64,000 nt of DNA from contig NC_042999.1 of the NCBI RefSeq assembly GCF_006345805.1, positions 120,590,001 to 120,654,000 of the forward strand. Reading direction: 5' to 3'. Numbering within the stretch: position 1 is the first letter of the stretch; the number at the start of each line of letters is the position of its first letter. This DNA comes from Octopus sinensis. Taxonomy: Eukaryota. The notes beneath the pieces were generated by a model. The model searched no databases. It was not told the origin of the DNA and saw only the letters and a list, made by a program, of their open reading frames with translations. Both the position numbers and the translations under genes were made by a program. Of this stretch, positions 58,573 through 64,000 are shown piece by piece.

Positions 58573-59849
58573 TTGGGTTGGCAACTAAGTTCTCGCCGTT
58601 TTTTAAAATTCTAATTTTTGAATGGTTAATAAAAACTAACAACTAATTAATCAATCCTGTATTCACCCTTGTTGTTTACAACTTCTTCCCAACGTTCAAC
58701 AAGAGTTTTACTACCTCGTTGTTAGAAATCATCCGATTTCAACTCGAAAAATTAATCCTAACAAGCTCTAAGTTATGCATCAGTATTGAACGAAACTCAG
58801 CGCATAGCATTTGAAAGAGATGGAAAGAGGTGCAAATCCGTTGATGCTAAATCAGGAGAGTACGGCGGGTGCGGCAGCAATTCCCAGCTATGCGTTTGAA
58901 TGGCTTCCTTGGTCATATTGGTGAAATGAGGGCGGCGTTGTCGTGCAGCAGAAGAACTCCATGCTGCCGGTAGGTCTTTTCTTTTGAATTGCCGTGTTGA
59001 GTCGTTCCATGTGTTGAGCATAGAGTTCCACGTTGACCGTTCGATTCCGTTCAAGGAATTCGTAATAGATAATCTCTTCCCAGTCCCACCATACGCACAA
59101 CATCGTTTTACGCGGATGAAGATCTTGTTTCACGCGCGGTGTCGCTTGATTACGGGACTAAGCCATTCCTTACACTGTTTCATATTGATGTACAGGCACC
59201 ATGTTTCGTCGCCAGTAACGATTCGGTGAAGAAATCGTTGTTCGTGTCCATTGGTTGAGCGGTTACGAGCAAGCAACCCAACAGAGATTGTGGCTCGTTG
59301 AATTTTGTTGTTGTCACTTAAAGCATGCGGAACCCATGCTCCATACTTCTTAATCTTTCCCATCGAGTGAAGATGCTTCTCTATAGTAGTGTGGGAGTAT
59401 TCCATTTTCTCTGCCAGTTCCCTTGTCGTTTGATGAGAATTTTCGTGCAAATTTGGTTTAATCGCTCTTCATCGAACTTAACTGGATAGCCAGAATAAGG
59501 TGCGTCTTTGAGGTCAAAATTTCCCTTTTTGAACTTGGAATACCAATCACAAGCGGTTCTTCAAGCTATGGAACCCTCTACAGACACAGCAGAAATGTCA
59601 CGAGCAGCTTTGCGGCCTTACAACCTTGATTAAAACAAAAAAGAGGTGTCGAAAATGCTCGTTTTTCGTAATTTGACATCACATTTTAATGTTCTGAAAA
59701 TAAACAAAATTTAACTAAAATTAACTAGAAAAAAATAGATTCCAAAATGATTAAAAAATAGAATTCTCGAAAAAAATAGATTCCAAATTTTAAAAAACGC
59801 AATAAATTTCAAATTATAAAAAACAGCGGGAACTTAGTTGCCAACCCAA
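58573..59849 (-). mobile_element. Second mariner family, 1277 bp, frameshifted transposase
   Basis: TIRs ttgggttggcaactaagtt / aacttagttgccaacccaa; TA TSD at 58571-72 and 59850-51; GAWVPHAL, IVTGDETW, KTMLCVWWD, HPPYSPDLAS. Confidence 0.95.
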
Positions 59850-60272
59850 TATAACCTACCACAGCTGCATGGGATGGAGTACACGTAGTTTTTGGTCATA
59901 TTCTCTTTTATTGGTGGTTTTGCTCGAAGGAGATATTTGCGAAGTGTTGTATTATTCTTGAATACTGTCCTGATGTCATATGGGCCACACATCTTTTGTA
60001 TCTTTTCGGAGAAACCTTTCACATAGGGTAGACAGATTGTGGACAGTTTATTGGCCTCATCCTTTCCCTTCTTCATAACTGGTGTGAATACGCTAGGACA
60101 CAACAACCTCTTAAGCAGACCGAGTGCTGATATGAGCAGCATATGGGGACCAGTATTATGGAAGGATAGAAAAGTATTAGATATATAAACCGTAAAATAC
60201 TCTCCATTATTGCCCACGGCATATGGTGTAGTTGTTAAGAGTGCAGTGATCTGAATGATAATAATAATAATG

Positions 60273-60348
<76 letters not shown>

Positions 60349-60679
60349 GGACCCTTTGAGCGAGATGGGTTACTCAACCAGAAGAAAATTCTAACTGGGA
60401 CCCACTGCTAGGCCATGTGCTTTTTAACTTGATATGAGATCACTGTGTCACACACATATGGTTGTGATGCATGTGCCTAGTGTACCCTTATCAGACGGGC
60501 AGTCATGATGGGTATACTGGGCTTCGTATATTTTACCCCAGTGTCACTTTGATGGCATGCACTGCTCTCTCACTCAATAATAATAATAATAATAATAATG
60601 ATAATAATAATAATAGCAACAACAATAATAACATCGAAAAATACCTTAGGAATGATAACCTATATTCGAAATTTCCCCA

Positions 60680-60726
60680 AGACACCTGATGAAGGTTGGA
60701 GGGTATATCAGCCGAATCGTTGTGTT
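60680..60726 (+). ncRNA. Penelope-type minimal hammerhead, probably inactivated
   Basis: agacac CTGATGA a ggttg-gagggtatat-cagcc GAAT cgtt gtgtt; GAAA is changed to GAAT. Confidence 0.6.
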
Positions 60727-60957
60727 AAAAACAAACAAGATGAGGACAAATATCCGTCAAATGTAAATAATGTAAATAATGTAAATACTGTACTGAGTCG
60801 AAATTAAGCGTACTAGTAATTTATTGAAATCAGAAACCTACTTCATTTGAGATATGCTTACGTTATTTACACACATTAACTTCTAGCTCAGTGAATGATT
60901 TCTTTTTGCATATTTCTTTGCATATATCTTTATAAATCATTCTTTATTTTATTGTAG

Positions 60958-61077
60958 TTTCTGTGGTTTGGGATATGGAAAAATTATATGTGATATCAAA
61001 AAATGCAAGACCAAAACAAACAAGATAGGCTGTGTCAATGCAGTAATAAACTAGAATGGCAATTCCAGACAATATAG
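60958..61077 (+). CDS. Candidate 120-nt Cys-bearing exon (unit 3)
   Basis: tag acceptor at 60956-57 and AG|GTAATA donor; FCGLGYGKIICDIKKCKTKTNKIGCVNAVIN* (stop 61052-54). Confidence 0.5.
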
Positions 61078-62411
61078 GTAATAATACAGGTTATTATTTG
61101 AGACAACACAATATAGACAAGTATTAACATTTTTATGCATTAATCAGACCTGGAAGAGCAGACGAGACCTCATGAGGAATCTTACAGCACAGTAGGCTTT
61201 GTTATTGGCATCCAACCGCTGATTAAATCTATTAGCTAACGCATAGGATGCACCCCTCACCACCGCCAATAGATACTCAAACAATCTCTGTCTCCCTATT
61301 TTAACTTACAAGAATTTAGCCGGTGAAAGTCAACATCAGAAGACACTTGCCTAAGGAGCTGCGATAAAATACTGAATCTGGAATCCTGTAGTTACAAATC
61401 AAACTTGCTAACCATACAACTATGCGCATGCTCACTTATAACATAATGCAATTCTCTATCATAAAAACATACAACTGTTATTGAAATGTTTATACAGCAT
61501 TATTTATGAGCTATAGTTAAAACTTATATCTCAGAGGAGAAAATATATATTTATCGTTTAACAAAAATTGCAATGCCTGGTATACTATTTTATATTCTTG
61601 GATTGAATCTGTACCGTCAAAGAAATACATTGGATATTCTTATCCCTGTTACGCTTGAATACAAACTAACTTCCATCTGGCATTATTTGAAGGCTTATAG
61701 TGCTTGTATTCAGTTATATGTCCTGAACAAATGCAATGTTTCCTGTTAAATCATTAATTTGTTTATCGTTTGCTCATTTTACAGGTTCCTTTGCCACTCA
61801 ATATAGTGTAAGCTACAATAAAACGATCAATAAAGCAGAACTTATAAATCACCATTTTTGTTTTTGTTATGCATACTTCGAAAGTTTTCATAGTGCTTTG
61901 AAATGTGTATTAAAAAGGCTGTATAGTTAAGTTGGTTTATCTAATTTTATTACCGTATCTTCCGAGATATATGTTGACGTAGTACATAGTGTAAACTTTT
62001 GAAACACTTAAACATAGTCGCTATCATTCCTTGTACCATTGCTTTCTACCTTTCTATCCGCAACAGACCTTTTCGTATATAAACTATCAAACCTTTTAGC
62101 TAAAAGTCCTCGTCTGAAATATTCGATTTGTGTACCGAAAATATGTTAATTTTGTATGTCTCTTTAGAAGAGAGTTAAAGCTTTCTCGTCCACTTCACTC
62201 TTTATTAGTTTTTGCCATATTCATTTCAAAACTACTTAATAGAATTCCTGTTCAGAAAACAATTATAATCATTAAAAAATTATGTACATGAGAAAATAAT
62301 AAAAAAATATAAATGAAACATGAAGTCTAGAGTAGAGTTGATGTTATTACACGCTGATATGCTTATTATTCACGTCGATGTGATTATTCAGAATAAATCT
62401 TCCCTTAGTCG

Positions 62412-62820
62412 TAGGCGTAGGAGTGGCTGCGTGGTAAGTAGCTTGCTTACGAACCACATGATTCCGGGTTCAAAGCCTTGTGAGTGGATTTGGTAGACGG
62501 AAACTGAAAGAAGCCTGTCGTATATATGTATATATATACATATATATGTATATATATATACATATATATGTATATATATATATATATATACATATATATG
62601 TATCTGTGTGTGTATATGTTTGTGTGTCTATATTTGTCCCATCAACATCGCTTGACAACCGATGGTGGTGTGTTTATGTCCCCGTAACAGAGTGGTTCGG
62701 CAAAAGAGACCGATGGAGTAAGTACTGGGCTTACAAAGAATAAGTCCTGGGATCGAATTGCTCGACTAAATGCAGTGCTCCAGCATGGCTACAATCAAAT
62801 GACTGAAACAAGTAAAAGAG
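62412..62820 (+). mobile_element. tRNA-derived SINE with internal (TA)n
   Basis: Head aggagtggctgcgtggtaagtagcttgcttacgaaccacatgattccgggttca; tail aaatgactgaaacaagtaaaagag; absent at this site in units 1 and 2. Confidence 0.8.
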
Positions 62821-63092
62821 TAGTCTCTTCGTAAAACAACGTACCAGAGTACTTTATGTTTAGCAAGGTTACTAAAACCACCATGTTTGTATGATTAGTA
62901 CGGATACTAAAGATATTCCTTATGTGAAAAAATATTCACAAAGTTGCGTCCCGACATTTAGCTGCAAGATCACAAAAGCTGCTCTTATAGCTTTAATCCA
63001 TGTTCCCATGAGATTTATGTCGATAGTGAATTGAGAATTGTTTTTACCGTAGAAGTGAAGGTGTGCTACGTACTGTATTGTAGAGTACGTAC

Positions 63093-63137
<45 letters not shown>

Positions 63138-63138
<1 letters not shown>

Positions 63139-63458
63139 GCTGAGACCGCCTTCGGTCATGACCGACCATGGGATTACACCTAGAAAGTTACCCTCCCAGG
63201 CACAAGTCCGGCAAGGTTGTTTTATAGAAGATCAGTAGTCGCCCATGCATGCCGGCCGCCCCTCTCCACGTCACCAGTGTTATCCAAGGGAAAGGCAAAG
63301 GCCGATACAGTTTGGCACCTGTGACGTCGCAACTCATTTCTAGAGCTGAGTGAACTGGAGCAACGTGAAATAAAGTGTCTTGCTCAAGAACACAAATGGT
63401 CCGGGATTCGAGCTCAGAACCTCACTATCGTAAGCACGACGCTCTAACCATAGAGATA
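63138..63458 (-). mobile_element. SINE within a (CA)n array
   Basis: gagctgagtgaactggagcaacgtgaaataaagtgtcttgctcaagaacacaa core and a reverse tRNA-like head. Confidence 0.7.
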
Positions 63459-63493
63459 TGTGCCTTCACACACACACACACACACACACTCAA

Positions 63494-63527
<34 letters not shown>

Positions 63528-64000
63528 ATACACACACACACATACATATTTATACATACATACATACATACATACATACATACATACATACATACATGAA
63601 CAAGAAGGAGACAGAGAGTGACGGTCAGACGCTGTATAGTTAAGTTGGTTTTTTTCTCATGTACATATAAAATTAACATCTAATGTAGGATAAACTTTTT
63701 CGAAAAATGTTCTATCAATGGCCAGCATATTAAAAAATACCTTTAAAGGTTAAATTTATAAACAATTTATAAGTAAGGCAAAAGAAAAAATTTATTATGC
63801 CAAATTATGCCGAAAATAGACACGTCAATAACTATGTAATTCATCACTACAAGCACGCGTTTCGAAGAAAGTCGACAGAAATGTCTTAAAAATCCCATTA
63901 TTACCGAATCGGACCCGATTTCAGAAAATATATAAAAATACAGAAATTTCATCAGTGATGAAGGTAAGGTTCTTATGAACTAACTCTAAAATCGGGTCCT

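Larger units (their letters stand above)
58040..60790 (-). mobile_element. Penelope-like element (same family as 7480-9860) with inverted terminal copy, interrupted by a mariner
   Basis: KLSTICLPYVKGFSEKIQK and VYSIPCSCGRLY; 60080-60790 is an inverted copy of 58040-58400, itself split by an insertion at ~60348-60580 in TAA repeats. Confidence 0.85.

Overview
AT-rich eukaryotic genomic DNA with dense (TA)n, (CA)n, (GA)n and (TAA)n microsatellites. Its tRNA-derived SINE families resemble those I recognise from octopus genomes (inference; species not determinable). Most of the window is transposon debris: two mariner elements with intact TIRs, Penelope-like elements with hammerhead-like motifs, a near full-length R4/Dong-type LINE in TAA repeats, CR1- and RTE-type fragments, MULE and Tc1 remnants, SINEs, and several fold-back palindromes. 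Beneath this lies a three-copy direct segmental duplication (about 3.1-14.8, 30.4-39.2 and 43.9-63.6 kb). Each copy carries a gene for a small secreted Cys-rich peptide: 7127-7303 (58 aa, below the ORF-track cutoff), 34699-34875 (pseudogene) and 52828-53019 (63 aa). The signal peptide and Cys framework (C-x3-C-x2-C-x7-C-x12-C) are conserved. From the first Cys to the stop, copies 1 and 3 differ at 12 codons, all amino-acid-changing, a toxin- or effector-like pattern. Each unit also holds a candidate second hypervariable Cys-bearing exon (12749-12868, 37626-37694, 60958-61077) and a conserved 44-45 aa signal-peptide-like ORF. I do not recognise the family, and no database search was possible.
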